NCBI GenBank assembly: GCA_023380475.1
Contig: JAMCRD010000006.1
Span: 2,546 to 66,545 of the forward strand
Length of the DNA stretch: 64,000 nucleotides
Origin: Patescibacteria group bacterium
Lineage (GTDB): Bacteria > Patescibacteriota > Minisyncoccia > UBA6257 > Colwellbacteraceae
Direction of reading: 5' to 3'
In this document: one piece after another, positions 9,054 to 20,674 of the stretch
Position numbering within the stretch: the first letter of the stretch is position 1
Layout: every line of letters begins with the position of its first letter
Made by a program: the position numbers and the translations under genes
Notes under the pieces: generated by a model
Seen by the model: only the letters and a program-made list of their open reading frames with translations
What the model was told of the DNA's origin: nothing
Databases searched by the model: none

Positions 9054-9779
9054 TTAGTAGAGCGTCCAGCTAGAGAATGCCATTACCAAGAGCGATGACA
9101 AGGTAAGTAAAGTAACGTTCCTAAGCAGCAGTTTCGTCGAAAACCGGCCGTCCAGCTGGTTGAGATAGGTATTGATCGCAGCACAGCTAAACAGCGCGAA
9201 GATGACAGCGCCGGCCACGAAACCGATCGGCAACAAAGTAAGCACAGCCAGAAGTTCAAGAGACAGCAGGCTCATCACGCCAGATACTAAGAGCAGCCTG
9301 TTGCCCCGCAGGACGCTGACTTTATTATAAAACTCGCGGAATAGAGCGAAGAGCAAGATAAAACCAATGATTTCGCTTAATATCGAAAGATCACTAGCAA
9401 TAATTATTGCTCCGTAGGATGCAAGCAGTAGTAGGTGCATAAAGGTGTACCATCCCTTCCTTTCAATTAGCTCTAAATTTTTGACCCCCCACAAGATAGC
9501 GAAAGCTAGACCCATCAGGCCGGCTATCAGGAAACGGTCCAGGGGCAGAGGGGGCAAGAGGAATGGCAGCAGAATTAAAGCTATAAACGACGCGCCGAAT
9601 GTAATTGACCTCAGCGTTGGCTGCAGATACATCGTCAGCGCCACTGCGATGAAAGCCAGGCCTGCCCAGAAGCTCCCTGGATTAAAAGCTAAGAGAAGGA
9701 CCAGTAACCCGTAGACTAATCCCCTAAACGTTAACCTTGATATCGGACTTGTCCGAAGTGATATGAACTTTGCTCCCAT
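9054..9779 (-). CDS. hypothetical multi-pass membrane protein
   Basis: 241 aa with about 7 TM helices; annotated start overlaps clpB 3' end by 56 nt, so true start uncertain. Confidence 0.4.
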   Translation of the reverse strand: MGAKFISLRTSPISRLTFRGLVYGLLVLLLAFNPGSFWAGLAFIAVALTMYLQPTLRSITFGASFIALILLPFLLPPLPLDRFLIAGLMGLAFAILWGVKNLELIERKGWYTFMHLLLLASYGAIIIASDLSILSEIIGFILLFALFREFYNKVSVLRGNRLLLVSGVMSLLSLELLAVLTLLPIGFVAGAVIFALFSCAAINTYLNQLDGRFSTKLLLRNVTLLTLSSLLVMAFSSWTLY

Positions 9780-12375
9780 CTTTTATAGTTCCGCCGATTA
9801 TCTGGTCAGCCAGCTTGTCGAGCACCGCTCTTTGTATGAGCCGCTTGATCGGACGTGCGCCGTAATGCGGATCAAAACCATGCTCGACGATATAGTTTTT
9901 GGCAGCGGCATCAACCGTGATCGTAATTCCTTTTTCTTTAAGGCGGTCGACGACTTCCTTAAGTTGGATATCGACGATCTCCTGCACGCTTTTCTTAGTC
10001 AAAGGCTTGAAGATTATTATTTCATCTAGGCGGTTTAAAAACTCAGGACGGAAATTGTTGCGGACCGCTTCATTGATCTTAGATTCATATTCCTCTTCCT
10101 TGCGCTCGGCCTCAGTCTTATCTGAAGACGAGAAACCAACGCGAGCGTAATCCCGGAAGAATTCACCACCGACATTGGAGGTCATGACAATGATGCAATT
10201 CCTGAAATTGACTGTCTTGCCTTTGCTGTCAGTAAGCCGACCGTTATCCAAGACCTGCAGTAAAATATTAAACACATCGGGGTGGGCTTTTTCGATTTCG
10301 TCGAACAAGATAAGGCTGTAAGGGCGGTGACGGATAGTCTCAGTAAGTTGGCCACCTTCCTCATGCCCGACGTAGCCGGGCGGCGAACCGATAATTTTTG
10401 AGACAGCATGGCGTTCCATATACTCTGACATATCAACCCTGATGAGAGCCTTCTCGTCACTGAACATGAATTGTGCCAGGGCTCTGGCCAGTTCAGTTTT
10501 ACCCACACCCGTAGGGCCGAGAAACATAAACGATGCCAGAGGGCGATCGACAGGAGCCAGGCCCGCTCTAGCTCGACGCAAGGCTGAGGCTACGCTTCTT
10601 ACAGCGCTGTCTTGTCCGACTACTCGTTGGCGCAACACTTCTTCAATGCGACGTAGCTTGTCAGCCTCAGACTCCAAAATATTCTCCATGGGTATGTTGG
10701 TCCACCGGGCTATAACCTTAGCTACATCTTCTTTATCAACCGCGCCTTTAAGGAACCCGACATCACCACTCGGTCTCTTCTTGCCCTTGCGCGCTGCACC
10801 CGAGGAACATTTTTTTTCATAAGTCTCGTAATCTTTTATAGCTGCGGGTAGTTCGCCGTAAATTATCTTAGCTACGCGTTCTAGATTCCCTTCCCGCTCG
10901 GCAACCTCACGCTCGCGCTTCAGGTTCTCAACTTTTTCCCTAAGAGCGTTTAACTTTTCGAATACCATCTTCTCGGCCTGCCAGCCAGCACTCAGCTCCC
11001 GATCTTCTTTCTTGATAATTTCCAGCCGCTTACCTATTTCCGCGACACGTTTCTTGGATTTCTCACTGGTTTCCTTGCCGATGGCGGCACGCTCAACTTC
11101 CAATGAAGATATCTCCCGGCGGAGATTGCCTATATCCGGCGGGACGCTCTCCATTTCAAGCCGGCGCATCGCTGCCGCCTCGTCAATCACATCCACCGCC
11201 TTATCAGGCAGAAAACGGTCTGAGATATATCGAGCCGAGAGGTTGACTGCTGAAACTAGCGCCTCATCGCTTATCCTAAGGCCGTGATGTATTTCGTATT
11301 TCTCCTTCAGCCCGCGCAGAATAGTGATACTGTCATCAATGGACGGTTCCTCGACCATCACTGGTTGGAAACGCCGCTCCAACGCCGAGTCTTTCTCGAT
11401 ATAGCGCTGATACTCTCGTACCGTAGTGGCGCCGACGGCGTGCAGCTCTCCTCGGGCCAGAGCCGGTTTAAGAAGGTTGGAGGCGTCGATAGCCCCTTCG
11501 GCTGCACCAGCGCCGACGATCATATGAATCTCATCGATAAACAGTATTATCTTGCCGGCGGAGTTCTGAACCTCTTTAATGAACGCCTTAAGGCGATCCT
11601 CAAATTCCCCGCGGAATTTCGTACCGGCAATAAGCGACCCGAGATCGAGCATTATTATTTCCTTGCCCTTGAGAGATTCAGGCACGTCGCCAGCAATTAT
11701 TTTCTGAGCCAAACCCTCCACGATAGCCGTCTTGCCGACGCCCGGCTCGCCGATAAGACAAGGGTTGTTTTTAGTGCGGCGCGAGAGGACCTGAATTACT
11801 CGGCGCAACTCCTCCTCGCGGCCGATCACCGGATCCAGCTTTCCCTGCAGGGCTTTTTCAGTGAGGTTTACCGCGTATTTTTCTAATATCTGAAACTTAG
11901 TCTCGGGCGATTCGTCGGTTACCCTGGAACTCCCGCGCAACTTGGCTAGAGCCCGCAGCGCACTGTCACGCTGCACACCGTACTGTTCCAAGATGGATCT
12001 GGCTGGGGAATTTACCTCCAAAATGCCCAACAGGATATGCTCGCAGGATATGAACTCATCATGGCTGGCTTGGGCGATGCGTCCGGCCCGCTCGACAATA
12101 GCCATTACCTCCTGCGAGAGATACAGCTGGCCAACAGCATTGGCCGAGAAAATTTTAGGGAGCTTCCTTAGTTCAGCTTCGATGTTCTGCTCAAGCTCCT
12201 GAATGTTTACCCCAACTTCTGCCAATATAGGCTGGACCAATGAGGTGGGGTCGCTGATTAAGGCTGATAGAAGATGGAGGGCTCTGAACTCACCGTGATT
12301 TTGGGCGGCTGCCAGATCCTGGGCATTCTGCAAAGCTTCCTGAGCCTTGATTGTGAAACGGTTAAAAGAGTTCAT
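9724..12375 (-). CDS. clpB: ATP-dependent chaperone ClpB
   Basis: 883 aa; Clp N domain, two AAA+ modules with Walker A GEPGVGKT and GPTGVGKT, long middle coiled coil. Confidence 0.9.
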   Translation of the reverse strand: MNSFNRFTIKAQEALQNAQDLAAAQNHGEFRALHLLSALISDPTSLVQPILAEVGVNIQELEQNIEAELRKLPKIFSANAVGQLYLSQEVMAIVERAGRIAQASHDEFISCEHILLGILEVNSPARSILEQYGVQRDSALRALAKLRGSSRVTDESPETKFQILEKYAVNLTEKALQGKLDPVIGREEELRRVIQVLSRRTKNNPCLIGEPGVGKTAIVEGLAQKIIAGDVPESLKGKEIIMLDLGSLIAGTKFRGEFEDRLKAFIKEVQNSAGKIILFIDEIHMIVGAGAAEGAIDASNLLKPALARGELHAVGATTVREYQRYIEKDSALERRFQPVMVEEPSIDDSITILRGLKEKYEIHHGLRISDEALVSAVNLSARYISDRFLPDKAVDVIDEAAAMRRLEMESVPPDIGNLRREISSLEVERAAIGKETSEKSKKRVAEIGKRLEIIKKEDRELSAGWQAEKMVFEKLNALREKVENLKREREVAEREGNLERVAKIIYGELPAAIKDYETYEKKCSSGAARKGKKRPSGDVGFLKGAVDKEDVAKVIARWTNIPMENILESEADKLRRIEEVLRQRVVGQDSAVRSVASALRRARAGLAPVDRPLASFMFLGPTGVGKTELARALAQFMFSDEKALIRVDMSEYMERHAVSKIIGSPPGYVGHEEGGQLTETIRHRPYSLILFDEIEKAHPDVFNILLQVLDNGRLTDSKGKTVNFRNCIIVMTSNVGGEFFRDYARVGFSSSDKTEAERKEEEYESKINEAVRNNFRPEFLNRLDEIIIFKPLTKKSVQEIVDIQLKEVVDRLKEKGITITVDAAAKNYIVEHGFDPHYGARPIKRLIQRAVLDKLADQIIGGTIKDGSKVHITSDKSDIKVNV

Positions 12376-12447
12376 TTTATTACCTTTATTATACAGGCCA
12401 CGGCAAGCCGACGTAAAAGAAGCGATGGCCAGACGGAAGCGAGTTTA

Positions 12448-13698
12448 CTAGGATGAAGGATACTTGGCAAGGGTTACTTTGACAGTCAGTACGTTCTTGC
12501 CCCGCTGTACTTGGAGCGTTACTGTATCTCCCACGTTGTGGCTTTCTATTAGAGCCGACAGGGTATTATTCTGATCGTCTATGCTGATGCCGTTCACCGA
12601 GATAATAACGTCACCCAGTTGCAGGCCGGCTTTCTGAGCCGGGGAGTTAGACATCACCGCCGGATCGCCATTGGCATCACCTTCAATTAAAGCACCGTGG
12701 TCCACCGCAAGATTATCCGCCGTGACTAGAGCTGGTGTTACTGGTACATACCTCACTCCAAGATACGGCGTTTCTATCGTACCTGTGGCTAAAACTGAGG
12801 CTATGTCTTTTTTAGCGTCATTAATCGGGATAGCAAAACCAACACTCTGGGCACCGGTATCAACTGCAGTATCAATACCTATCACCTGACCTTTCAAATT
12901 GAGTAATGGCCCACCCGAGTTGCCGGGGTTAATAGCCGAAGTGGTTTGGATAACATTGGTCAACGTTTCGCTGCTTGAAGTCATCTGGTCGCCAGCCGTG
13001 ATGGTGCGCGATAGACCCGAAATCGTACCAACCGAAACGGTGTTCCTGTATTCGCCCAGGGCGTTGCCGATGGCTATAGACGTTTCACCAAGCTGAACAC
13101 TGTTGGAATCGCCCAAGTTCACAGGGGTAAGATTAGTAGCATTTATCTTGATGATAGCTATATCTTGGGTAGGATCTTCGGCCACGACTTTGGCGGCATA
13201 TTTCTTACCGTCGTTAGTGAGAACTGTGTACTGAGCTGAAGAGTCTTCAACAACATGCTTGTTGGTCAAAATGTAGCCGTCAGAAGAGATGACAAAACCG
13301 CTGCCGCTGCCAACCTGCTGCAAAGACGTACCATTTTGACAGTTGGTGTAATACTGAGATCCGCCGCCGAATAAATTTTGAAACTGCGGCGGAAGATCGG
13401 CAAACGGGTTGTAGGGACACTGCTCGATAACCGGCAGGTTCTTCGATATCACCACCGAGACTACGCTTGGCGTCAAATCTTTGGCTACACTTATAACTGC
13501 CTGTTCATAGTCTGTATTCGCACTATAGGGCGTCGAACTGGATGTATTGTTGTTATTGTTTAACTTACTCACGCCAGCTGGCAGCAAACTGTTCAAGCCA
13601 CCGGGGGCAATAACTGCAATCGTTATCGCGCCACCGACTAGAACGCCTACTAAACCAGATACGAAAACGCTAAGCAAGATTTTTTTGTCCATATTCAT
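12448..13698 (-). CDS. htrA: HtrA/DegP-family serine protease with PDZ domain
   Basis: 416 aa; N-terminal TM anchor, trypsin-like catalytic motifs (TNKHVV, GNSGGPLLNLKGQVIGI), C-terminal PDZ. Confidence 0.85.
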   Translation of the reverse strand: MNMDKKILLSVFVSGLVGVLVGGAITIAVIAPGGLNSLLPAGVSKLNNNNNTSSSTPYSANTDYEQAVISVAKDLTPSVVSVVISKNLPVIEQCPYNPFADLPPQFQNLFGGGSQYYTNCQNGTSLQQVGSGSGFVISSDGYILTNKHVVEDSSAQYTVLTNDGKKYAAKVVAEDPTQDIAIIKINATNLTPVNLGDSNSVQLGETSIAIGNALGEYRNTVSVGTISGLSRTITAGDQMTSSSETLTNVIQTTSAINPGNSGGPLLNLKGQVIGIDTAVDTGAQSVGFAIPINDAKKDIASVLATGTIETPYLGVRYVPVTPALVTADNLAVDHGALIEGDANGDPAVMSNSPAQKAGLQLGDVIISVNGISIDDQNNTLSALIESHNVGDTVTLQVQRGKNVLTVKVTLAKYPSS

Positions 13699-13702
13699 TA
13701 TT

Positions 13703-14887
13703 TCAGAGTAATTTTATTATCCGCCCGACCGCGGCGTCAATCTGATCTTCAGTCGTGGGCCGACCCAAGGAAAATCGCAAACTAGCTCCCGACCTTTCCT
13801 CACCGAAACCCAAGGCTCTCAATACATAAGAAGAACGGTTGGATCTCATAGTACAAGCCGATCCTGCCGAAACAGCCACGCCAGCCAAATCAAACTTAAC
13901 TAGCAGTTCATCGACATCGTGGCCTGGAAAGTAAATGTGCAGGTTATTGGGTAGACGGCCGGACGATAAGTCCGGACCGTTAAGCTCCAACTCTGGATGG
14001 GACCTTGTCAGCCCTGTCCACAGACGGTCACGCAGGGCGGCGATGCGGCGGCTCTCGGCTTCTTTATTCTGGCAAACCAAGTTTGCAGCCTTGGCCAGAC
14101 CTACTATCGCCGGAACATTCTCCGTAGCCGCACGCAGACCAAACTCTTGACTACCCCCGGTTATTATGCCGGAGACATACCTCACACTGTCCTCTTTTAG
14201 ATACAAAACCCCGCAGCCCTTTGGTGCGTAGAACTTCTGGCCAGATATGGTCAACATATCAACGCCGAGAGTCGCAACGTCCATATCTAAAAACTGGAAG
14301 GCTTGGGCGGCATCGGTGTGGAACAAGGGATAGGGCGATTTTATCTCCTTGCGATAAGCTCTGACCGTCTCGGCGACTTTTTCAATCGGCTGGACGGCAC
14401 CGACTACATTCGAGCCATAGATAATCGAAACCAATACCGTCCTAGGATTCAAGGCCTTGGCCAGCGATGCTAAATCGACTACTCCATCTTTGGATACCGG
14501 CAGCTGCACAACTTCAACCGTTTCGCCATTCAGGTCGAGAACTGTATCTCTGACCGATTCGTGTTCAATGGACGTCGTGATAACGCGATAGGGAGGCTGC
14601 GGAACGCTGCCCTTAACCCTCTTTGCCATCAACTTGCTAATTACTCCCCTCATGGCCAGATTGTTCGCTTCAGTAGCCGAGCCAGTAAAGATAACTTCAT
14701 GAAATTTGGCTCCCAATATACCAGCCACGACCTCCCGGGCATCGTCGATAGCCGCCATAGCCTCGCGGCCAAAGGAATGCAGCGAACCAGGGTTGCCAAA
14801 TTTTTCACCAAAGTACGGCGAGATACTTTTCAGCACCTCAGGGTCGACGGGAGTCGAAGCGGCGTAATCCAAATAGATTTTATCCAT
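13703..14887 (-). CDS. cysteine desulfurase (class V aminotransferase, IscS/NifS-like)
   Basis: Trimmed to internal ATG (MDKIYLDYAASTPVD...); PLP-lysine region TISGQKFYAPKGCGVLY; C-terminal SLGRPTTEDQID motif; track N-terminal 42 aa judged spurious. Confidence 0.8.
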   Translation of the reverse strand: MDKIYLDYAASTPVDPEVLKSISPYFGEKFGNPGSLHSFGREAMAAIDDAREVVAGILGAKFHEVIFTGSATEANNLAMRGVISKLMAKRVKGSVPQPPYRVITTSIEHESVRDTVLDLNGETVEVVQLPVSKDGVVDLASLAKALNPRTVLVSIIYGSNVVGAVQPIEKVAETVRAYRKEIKSPYPLFHTDAAQAFQFLDMDVATLGVDMLTISGQKFYAPKGCGVLYLKEDSVRYVSGIITGGSQEFGLRAATENVPAIVGLAKAANLVCQNKEAESRRIAALRDRLWTGLTRSHPELELNGPDLSSGRLPNNLHIYFPGHDVDELLVKFDLAGVAVSAGSACTMRSNRSSYVLRALGFGEERSGASLRFSLGRPTTEDQIDAAVGRIIKLL

Positions 14888-14891
14888 CTCA

Positions 14892-15467
14892 CTAAAACAG
14901 GGTATTCGAGTCTTCGGGGCAAGCCAGACGAACCGGATCCAGATCAACCCGTACCATTTCTCCCGTTGCCCTGTCCGGCATAAGCAGGTAATTCTGACGT
15001 TTAGCCAGATCATAGAGGTCGCGGGTTATAGCCACGTCGTTCAGGCAATATCTTTCCAGCGAGGCCCAGTCACCCTGTTCATAGAACGTTATCGCCTCCA
15101 GCGCGTGATTGGTTTTGCCTATACCTAGATTAGCTTTGGCCAACAAATCCAGACTTATCCGATGGCCAGTAGTCATCTCAATCTCATCCAGCAGGTCGAG
15201 AACCGGGATAGCCTTGAGATTGAATTCGAAATACTTTTCCAGTACTGGGATGTCAAACCTGGTTATCGAGAACCCGACTATACGACTGGCATTTTTAAGT
15301 CTGTCCTCCAACTGTCCTATCTCTCCTTCTCGAAAGCTGAGCAACTTTTTTTCAAGATACGAATAAACTCCGACGAAGGATGCATCTAATTTGCGTAGAT
15401 TGGCCTTGCCGCCGACATCAGCGAAAGTATTTTTGGTTTCGATATCTATAACCAGTTCGTCTTTCAT
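14892..15467 (-). CDS. DEDDy-type 3'-5' exonuclease domain protein
   Basis: Exo I LVIDIETKN, Exo II SITRFDIPVL, Exo III YCLNDVAITRDLY motifs; start placed at Met17 of track ORF to avoid overlap with upstream gene. Confidence 0.5.
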   Translation of the reverse strand: MKDELVIDIETKNTFADVGGKANLRKLDASFVGVYSYLEKKLLSFREGEIGQLEDRLKNASRIVGFSITRFDIPVLEKYFEFNLKAIPVLDLLDEIEMTTGHRISLDLLAKANLGIGKTNHALEAITFYEQGDWASLERYCLNDVAITRDLYDLAKRQNYLLMPDRATGEMVRVDLDPVRLACPEDSNTLF

Positions 15468-15477
15468 AGTCCAGTTG

Positions 15478-15972
15478 TCAGGCAACATGCCGGTCGGCGA
15501 CCGAAGAAGCAGCATAACTGTCCGGCTTGGTTCTAGCCTCGAAGTTATGAGCGCGGATCATGCCCAGCAGTTCCTGAATAATGACTTTTGTTTCGCCCTT
15601 CTCGCCAACATCAACATGGATCTCAAATCCAAATCTAGGAGCATCCATCACTCTAAGAAATTCCAGTATGTCTCGAGCGACATCCAAAGACATTACTACC
15701 TCACGAGTGATGCGGCTGCGCAAGCTGTAAAAATTATCCAGTTCTGTCCGACGCCAAAAATATCTGCCGCCGTTGCCGATGCGATGAACAACAATCGCCG
15801 TGACAAAATCGGCTTTCGTTTTGTCATAAAGCAACGAATCGGTTCCAATAATCACCTTATAACTCCTATCAGGATCGGCCTTCATAAAGGCTATGATTTC
15901 TCGAGCAACTTCTTTGGGGCTAAACAGCGCACCGAAGGCTCCACAAAACTTGTCACTGCTGGCTTTAGACAT
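15478..15972 (-). CDS. DUF458/YkuK-like predicted RNase H-fold protein
   Basis: 164 aa; IIGTDSLLY...FVTAIVVHRIGNGGRYFW resembles YkuK family as recalled; not searched. Confidence 0.4.
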   Translation of the reverse strand: MSKASSDKFCGAFGALFSPKEVAREIIAFMKADPDRSYKVIIGTDSLLYDKTKADFVTAIVVHRIGNGGRYFWRRTELDNFYSLRSRITREVVMSLDVARDILEFLRVMDAPRFGFEIHVDVGEKGETKVIIQELLGMIRAHNFEARTKPDSYAASSVADRHVA

Positions 15973-16071
15973 AAGCGTAACTAGACATTAGATAGTCAGC
16001 GCAGCCTTGTCAACGCGAGTTACCGTACACTTTCACTATGGTGTCCTTCCTGTTAAAGTTAATGTTGATTA

Positions 16072-18111
16072 ATGGCTAAAAAGAACCGCTCCAAGGACAA
16101 AAATCGTGAAGTCCAGGATCCCAAACTGCACCCCGAAACTAAAAACAGCGTTCTCGCTGTTGTCTTCATCGGCATAGCAGCCATCCTCGTCCTAGGCGGT
16201 CTAGGAGAGGCCGGGCCAGCTGGACAGTACATTCACATTTTCCTTAATGAGTTTTTGGGGTGGGGGTACTACCTTATCCCAACCATCCTGATAATAATCT
16301 CAGCCAACTTCTTCGTAAGGGGCGAGCGACACAAACTGGTCGGGGTAACTGTCGTGGGCGGCATCCTGTTTGTTCTGTCCGGACTGGGGATAATGGACAT
16401 CATCTCGCCCAACTCCAGCGGTTTGATCGGCAGCATTGTCGGTGACCTGCAAGTGCCCTTCGGCTACTGGGCAGCTTTAGTAATAAATGTGACGATAATG
16501 ATTGTTTCCGTCCTGGTGACGCTAAACCGTCCGCTCAGACTGGCCATTAAAAAAGCTGAGGAGGCAAAAGCTGTTAAACCAGAAGAAACGCCCAAGATTA
16601 TCATCCCTCAAGCCCCCGAAGAGAAAACCGCGCCTGTCATCCCCGAGGCTGGAAACGGCAAAAAAGGCTCCAAGGAGGAGACCATGAAGTTGCCCAAGGC
16701 TCCGGTATACAAGAGCAAGAGCTATGTCCCCCCGCCGCTCAATCTACTAATGTCGACCAGCGAGAAACCAACAGTAGGTGATCTGCGAGCCAACGCCAAT
16801 ATAATAAAGAGGACTCTGGAGAGTTTCGGCATAGCCGTAGAGATGGGCGAAATAACCATCGGGCCGAAAGTGACCCGCTATACCCTGAAGCCGGCCGAGG
16901 GAGTGAAGCTATCGAGAATCACAGCCTTGAGTCAGGACCTGTCTCTAGCTCTAGCAGCACATCCTATACGCATCGAGGCACCTATCCCCGGCAAGTCGCT
17001 GGTAGGAGTAGAAATACCGAATAAAGTAGCCAGCATCGTCAGACTGGGAAGCATTCTTGGCTATCCAGAATTCGCTAACTCCAGTTTGTTGAACTTCCCA
17101 CTGGGCCGAGACGTATCCGGCGATCCAATTTTCGCCAATCTGGCCAAGATGCCTCACATCCTAGTGGCCGGCGCGACTGGCAGCGGCAAATCAGTCTTTG
17201 TTCATTCTCTTATAATCTCGCTCCTGTACAAAAACTCACCCGAAACCCTGAGATTAATCTTGATAGACCCCAAGAGAGTTGAGTTATCAATATACGAAGG
17301 ATTGCCCCACTTGGCTACGCCGGTGATAACCGAGGGTAAGAAAGCGGTCGCAGCACTCCGCTTTGCCGTGGAGGAGATGGAGCGACGCTATGAAACCCTA
17401 CTGAATGCCGGCAATAGAGATATTGATGGCTACAACAGCAAGCGCAAAGAAGATCTCATGCCTTATTTCGTCATCGTCATCGATGAGCTGGCCGACCTCA
17501 TGGCGGCATTCGGCCGCGAAGTCGAGGGACACATCGTGCGGTTAGCCCAGATGGCCAGGGCCACCGGTATTCACTTAGTGGTATCCACCCAGCGCCCGTC
17601 AGTTGAGGTTATAACCGGCTTGATCAAAGCCAACATAACTTCCCGCGTTGCCCTGCAGGTGGCCAGCCAAGTTGATTCGCGAACAATCCTCGACACCTCG
17701 GGAGCAGAAAAACTCTTGGGGGGAGGAGACATGCTCTTCATATCCGGAGAACTATCCAAACCGAAACGCATTCAAGGGGCATTCGTGACCGAGGACGAAG
17801 CCGAGAAAGTTATAGACTTCATAAAGAAATCTAATGCTGCGCCAGGCGAAAACGACTTCGCGGAAAAAGTCGAGGATGTGGTCAATCGTACTACGGAGGC
17901 CGGCGAGGAAGGCGATGACGACGAGCTGTATGACGAGGCCGTAGAAATAGTAAGAAACGCCAAGAAAGCCTCGGCTTCCCTACTCCAGCGGAGGCTTAAA
18001 GTCGGCTATGCTCGGGCAGCCAGGCTTCTTGATATAATGGAAGCGCGCGGAGTCGTAGGCCCCGGCGAAGGAGCCAAACCGCGCGAAGTTTACCAAGACA
18101 GCGATGAATGA
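16072..18111 (+). CDS. ftsK: DNA translocase FtsK/SpoIIIE
   Basis: 679 aa; N-terminal TM helices, linker, motor domain with Walker A GATGSGKS and Walker B VIVIDELADL, C-terminal gamma winged helix. Confidence 0.9.
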   Translation: MAKKNRSKDKNREVQDPKLHPETKNSVLAVVFIGIAAILVLGGLGEAGPAGQYIHIFLNEFLGWGYYLIPTILIIISANFFVRGERHKLVGVTVVGGILFVLSGLGIMDIISPNSSGLIGSIVGDLQVPFGYWAALVINVTIMIVSVLVTLNRPLRLAIKKAEEAKAVKPEETPKIIIPQAPEEKTAPVIPEAGNGKKGSKEETMKLPKAPVYKSKSYVPPPLNLLMSTSEKPTVGDLRANANIIKRTLESFGIAVEMGEITIGPKVTRYTLKPAEGVKLSRITALSQDLSLALAAHPIRIEAPIPGKSLVGVEIPNKVASIVRLGSILGYPEFANSSLLNFPLGRDVSGDPIFANLAKMPHILVAGATGSGKSVFVHSLIISLLYKNSPETLRLILIDPKRVELSIYEGLPHLATPVITEGKKAVAALRFAVEEMERRYETLLNAGNRDIDGYNSKRKEDLMPYFVIVIDELADLMAAFGREVEGHIVRLAQMARATGIHLVVSTQRPSVEVITGLIKANITSRVALQVASQVDSRTILDTSGAEKLLGGGDMLFISGELSKPKRIQGAFVTEDEAEKVIDFIKKSNAAPGENDFAEKVEDVVNRTTEAGEEGDDDELYDEAVEIVRNAKKASASLLQRRLKVGYARAARLLDIMEARGVVGPGEGAKPREVYQDSDE

Positions 18112-18802
18112 GAAAAAGGATTTACCGGAGTTGCTTAAAGAGTTAAGCGCAGCGCGAGGACTTAATGTAGAAAAATTGGCCGAAGCCTCCAATATACCGG
18201 CTCGTTTTGTAAGTTCGCTGCTGGAAGGTAACTACGAAGAGCTCCCCTCCAAACCGTATATCCGGGGCTACATTATAAAACTAGCCAAAGTGCTGGATAC
18301 CGACCCAGACATCCTGCTAGAAAGCTATGAATCTTCTTCCGAAGATCTACGTAGCTCAGGGGTAACCGACCGACTGCCAGCTAACCGCTTTGCTTTGAAA
18401 CCAATCAATCGCGGTTTGCTCATCGCCATCGTAGTTGTCATGATCGTAGCCGGCGTCGTCATCTTCAGATTCAACGACATAATCGGCAAGCCGGAAATAC
18501 AGGCTAATGTCCCGAGCATCACTTCGAGTCAGACTGTCAACGTGACCGGCGAGGTCAAGCCGGGCGACACTTTGACCATAAATGGCCAGGTTGTTTACCC
18601 GGCCGGCAACGGCACCTTTGAACAAAACGTATCATTGAGTCCTGGGTTAAATACGCTACAATTTACCGTGAAGCGGTTCCTGGGCGGCGAAACGGTTCTG
18701 ACTAAGCAGGTATTTTACCAATCAGCACAGTCGACAGCGGCGGCGCCACCCTTATCATCTTCATCAACTCCAGCAACATCAACCACTACAACAAAACAAT
18801 AA
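18104..18802 (+). CDS. RodZ-like HTH domain membrane protein
   Basis: N-terminal XRE-like HTH followed by [18 protein letters not shown] (RodZ-type), one TM, extracytoplasmic Thr-rich tail; overlaps ftsK stop by 8 nt. Confidence 0.55.
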   Translation: MNEKKDLPELLKELSAARGLNVEKLAEASNIPARFVSSLLEGNYEELPSKPYIRGYIIKLAKVLDTDPDILLESYESSSEDLRSSGVTDRLPANRFALKPINRGLLIAIVVVMIVAGVVIFRFNDIIGKPEIQANVPSITSSQTVNVTGEVKPGDTLTINGQVVYPAGNGTFEQNVSLSPGLNTLQFTVKRFLGGETVLTKQVFYQSAQSTAAAPPLSSSSTPATSTTTTKQ

Positions 18803-18804
18803 CA

Positions 18805-19851
18805 ATGAAAGCTAAGAAAGAAGACAAATCCAAAAAGGAAAGCGGAGCCAAAGATCTGGAGAATTTGCTGTCGTCGCTCAAAGAAAAATACGGCGAAGGA
18901 GCCATTATGAAACTGGGCGACGTAAGCCGATCCAACGTCGATGTGATACCCACCGGCTCTTTCTCATTGGATTTGGCTCTGGGGGTAGGCGGGCTGCCGC
19001 GCGGCAGGATAATCGAGATATTCGGACCAGAGGCCGGCGGTAAAACAACGCTCGCCCTGAATGTTGTCGCCCAAGCTCAAAAGCAAGGCGGCAAGGCGGC
19101 TTTCATCGACGCTGAACATGCTATGGATCCCGACTATGCTCGCAAGCTGGGTGTGAACGTGAATGAACTCCTTATCTCCCAGCCAGACAGCGGCGAGGAA
19201 GCACTAAATATTTTGGAGAGCTTGGTCCGTTCCGGGATGATTTCGGTGGTGGTAGTTGATTCTGTGGCGGCTCTTACACCCCAAGCCGAACTGGAAGGCG
19301 AAATGGGCGAACAACACGTTGGACGCCAAGCAAGAATGATGGGTCAAGCCTTACGCAAGCTAACCGCCGTTGCGGCCAAGAGCAAAACTATGATCATTTT
19401 CATAAATCAAATAAGGATGAAAATAGGGGTTATGTTCGGTAACCCAGAAACGACTCCCGGCGGACGGGCGTTACCTTTCGCGGCGTCGGTGCGGATAGAC
19501 ATAAGAAAGATAGCTCAGGTCAAGAAAGGAGAGAATGTTGTCGGCAACAGAGTTAGAGCCAAGGTTGTTAAAAATAAAGTGGCTCCGCCGTTCAAGTCTG
19601 CCGAATTCGACATCATGTTCAACGAAGGCATATCCTACGAAGCTGATGTCTTGAACGCAGCGGTCAACGCTGGTGTCGTCAAAAAATCAGGTTCCAGTTT
19701 TACCTTCAGCGGCGAGCGACTGGGGGTTGGCTTTGACAATGCTCGCTTGCGTCTTAAGGAGGACAAAAAACTTTTGAAAGAGATAGCCGCAGCCACTATA
19801 AAAGTCAGAGATTCTTCAGAAGAAGCTGAACGAGTCGAAGTTACTGAGTAG
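18805..19851 (+). CDS. recA: recombinase RecA
   Basis: 348 aa; Walker [21 protein letters not shown]1/L2 loop regions, characteristic RecA architecture. Confidence 0.95.
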   Translation: MKAKKEDKSKKESGAKDLENLLSSLKEKYGEGAIMKLGDVSRSNVDVIPTGSFSLDLALGVGGLPRGRIIEIFGPEAGGKTTLALNVVAQAQKQGGKAAFIDAEHAMDPDYARKLGVNVNELLISQPDSGEEALNILESLVRSGMISVVVVDSVAALTPQAELEGEMGEQHVGRQARMMGQALRKLTAVAAKSKTMIIFINQIRMKIGVMFGNPETTPGGRALPFAASVRIDIRKIAQVKKGENVVGNRVRAKVVKNKVAPPFKSAEFDIMFNEGISYEADVLNAAVNAGVVKKSGSSFTFSGERLGVGFDNARLRLKEDKKLLKEIAAATIKVRDSSEEAERVEVTE

Positions 19852-20674
19852 CTCTAGCGGTCAACTTAAAGAAGTTATTAAACAGCTCTGCAATTAATAT
19901 CGGGCCGGTACCGCCAGGTGTCGGGGTGTAAAAAGCTAGGCGCTTCCTGTCCTCATCAGTAAGCTGATCGGATGCAAAGTCACCAATGAGTTTGCCAGCG
20001 GTATTACGCCCGTAGCCGAAATCGATAAGTCCCGCCCCATCCTTAAGCATGGCTGGTTTGACCGTTCCGGCGGCGCCTGACCCGCAGATAACTAGGTCGG
20101 CCGCCTGAAGCGGCGAATAATCCCCACCGGTATCAACAACAGATAAGTTACCAACTTTCCCCAACAGCCATAGGCTGGCCGGCTTGCCTATCAACAACCC
20201 TGGTCCAACTACCGCCACACTCTTGCCGGCAAGGTTGAAATCAACAGCTTTGAGAACCTCCTCAATTGTGGCTACGGCTGGTGGGAGAACCAAGTTGCGG
20301 CCGGCATAGTAGGCGCCTAAGGCGCGTTCCCCCAACACATCGACATCCTTCTCGCGGGGAACAGCGTTCAAGACATAGTAGGGATTCGCCTTATTTGGCA
20401 ACGGCAGCTGGACTAAAAGGCCACCAACCGAATTTTGCAAAGCGATATGGCCGACTTCATGACGCAGTTTGTCCTGCGACCAATCTCCTGATAGATTGTA
20501 TCTTTTAAAACGCACACCGAGTTGTCGCCCCACTTTCTCTTTCTCTCTCAAGAAATTTTGGGAATCGGTATCGTCTCCCACTAAAACAGCCGCCAATATC
20601 TTGCCGGGAGGAGGGAGTTTTTTGAGCTGAGCGATCAGCTCCTGAGCAATCTTTTTACCGGGAATTTCCTGCAT
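19841..20674 (-). CDS. folD: bifunctional methylenetetrahydrofolate dehydrogenase/cyclohydrolase
   Basis: 277 aa; THF DH/cyclohydrolase motifs ([20 protein letters not shown]); converges on recA with 11-nt overlap. Confidence 0.85.
   Translation of the reverse strand: MQEIPGKKIAQELIAQLKKLPPPGKILAAVLVGDDTDSQNFLREKEKVGRQLGVRFKRYNLSGDWSQDKLRHEVGHIALQNSVGGLLVQLPLPNKANPYYVLNAVPREKDVDVLGERALGAYYAGRNLVLPPAVATIEEVLKAVDFNLAGKSVAVVGPGLLIGKPASLWLLGKVGNLSVVDTGGDYSPLQAADLVICGSGAAGTVKPAMLKDGAGLIDFGYGRNTAGKLIGDFASDQLTDEDRKRLAFYTPTPGGTGPILIAELFNNFFKLTARATQ

Noticed and set aside
9763-12202. Multiple 80-200-aa ORFs inside clpB on the opposite strand
   Set aside because: Embedded in a well-supported 883-aa ClpB ORF; antisense artefacts of a long gene. 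The same applies to ORFs inside rny, htrA, pnp, hppA, nusA, glyA and the recombinase.
15391-15984. 197-aa plus-strand ORF
   Set aside because: Antisense to the DUF458-like gene, which has the recognisable motifs; no start context.
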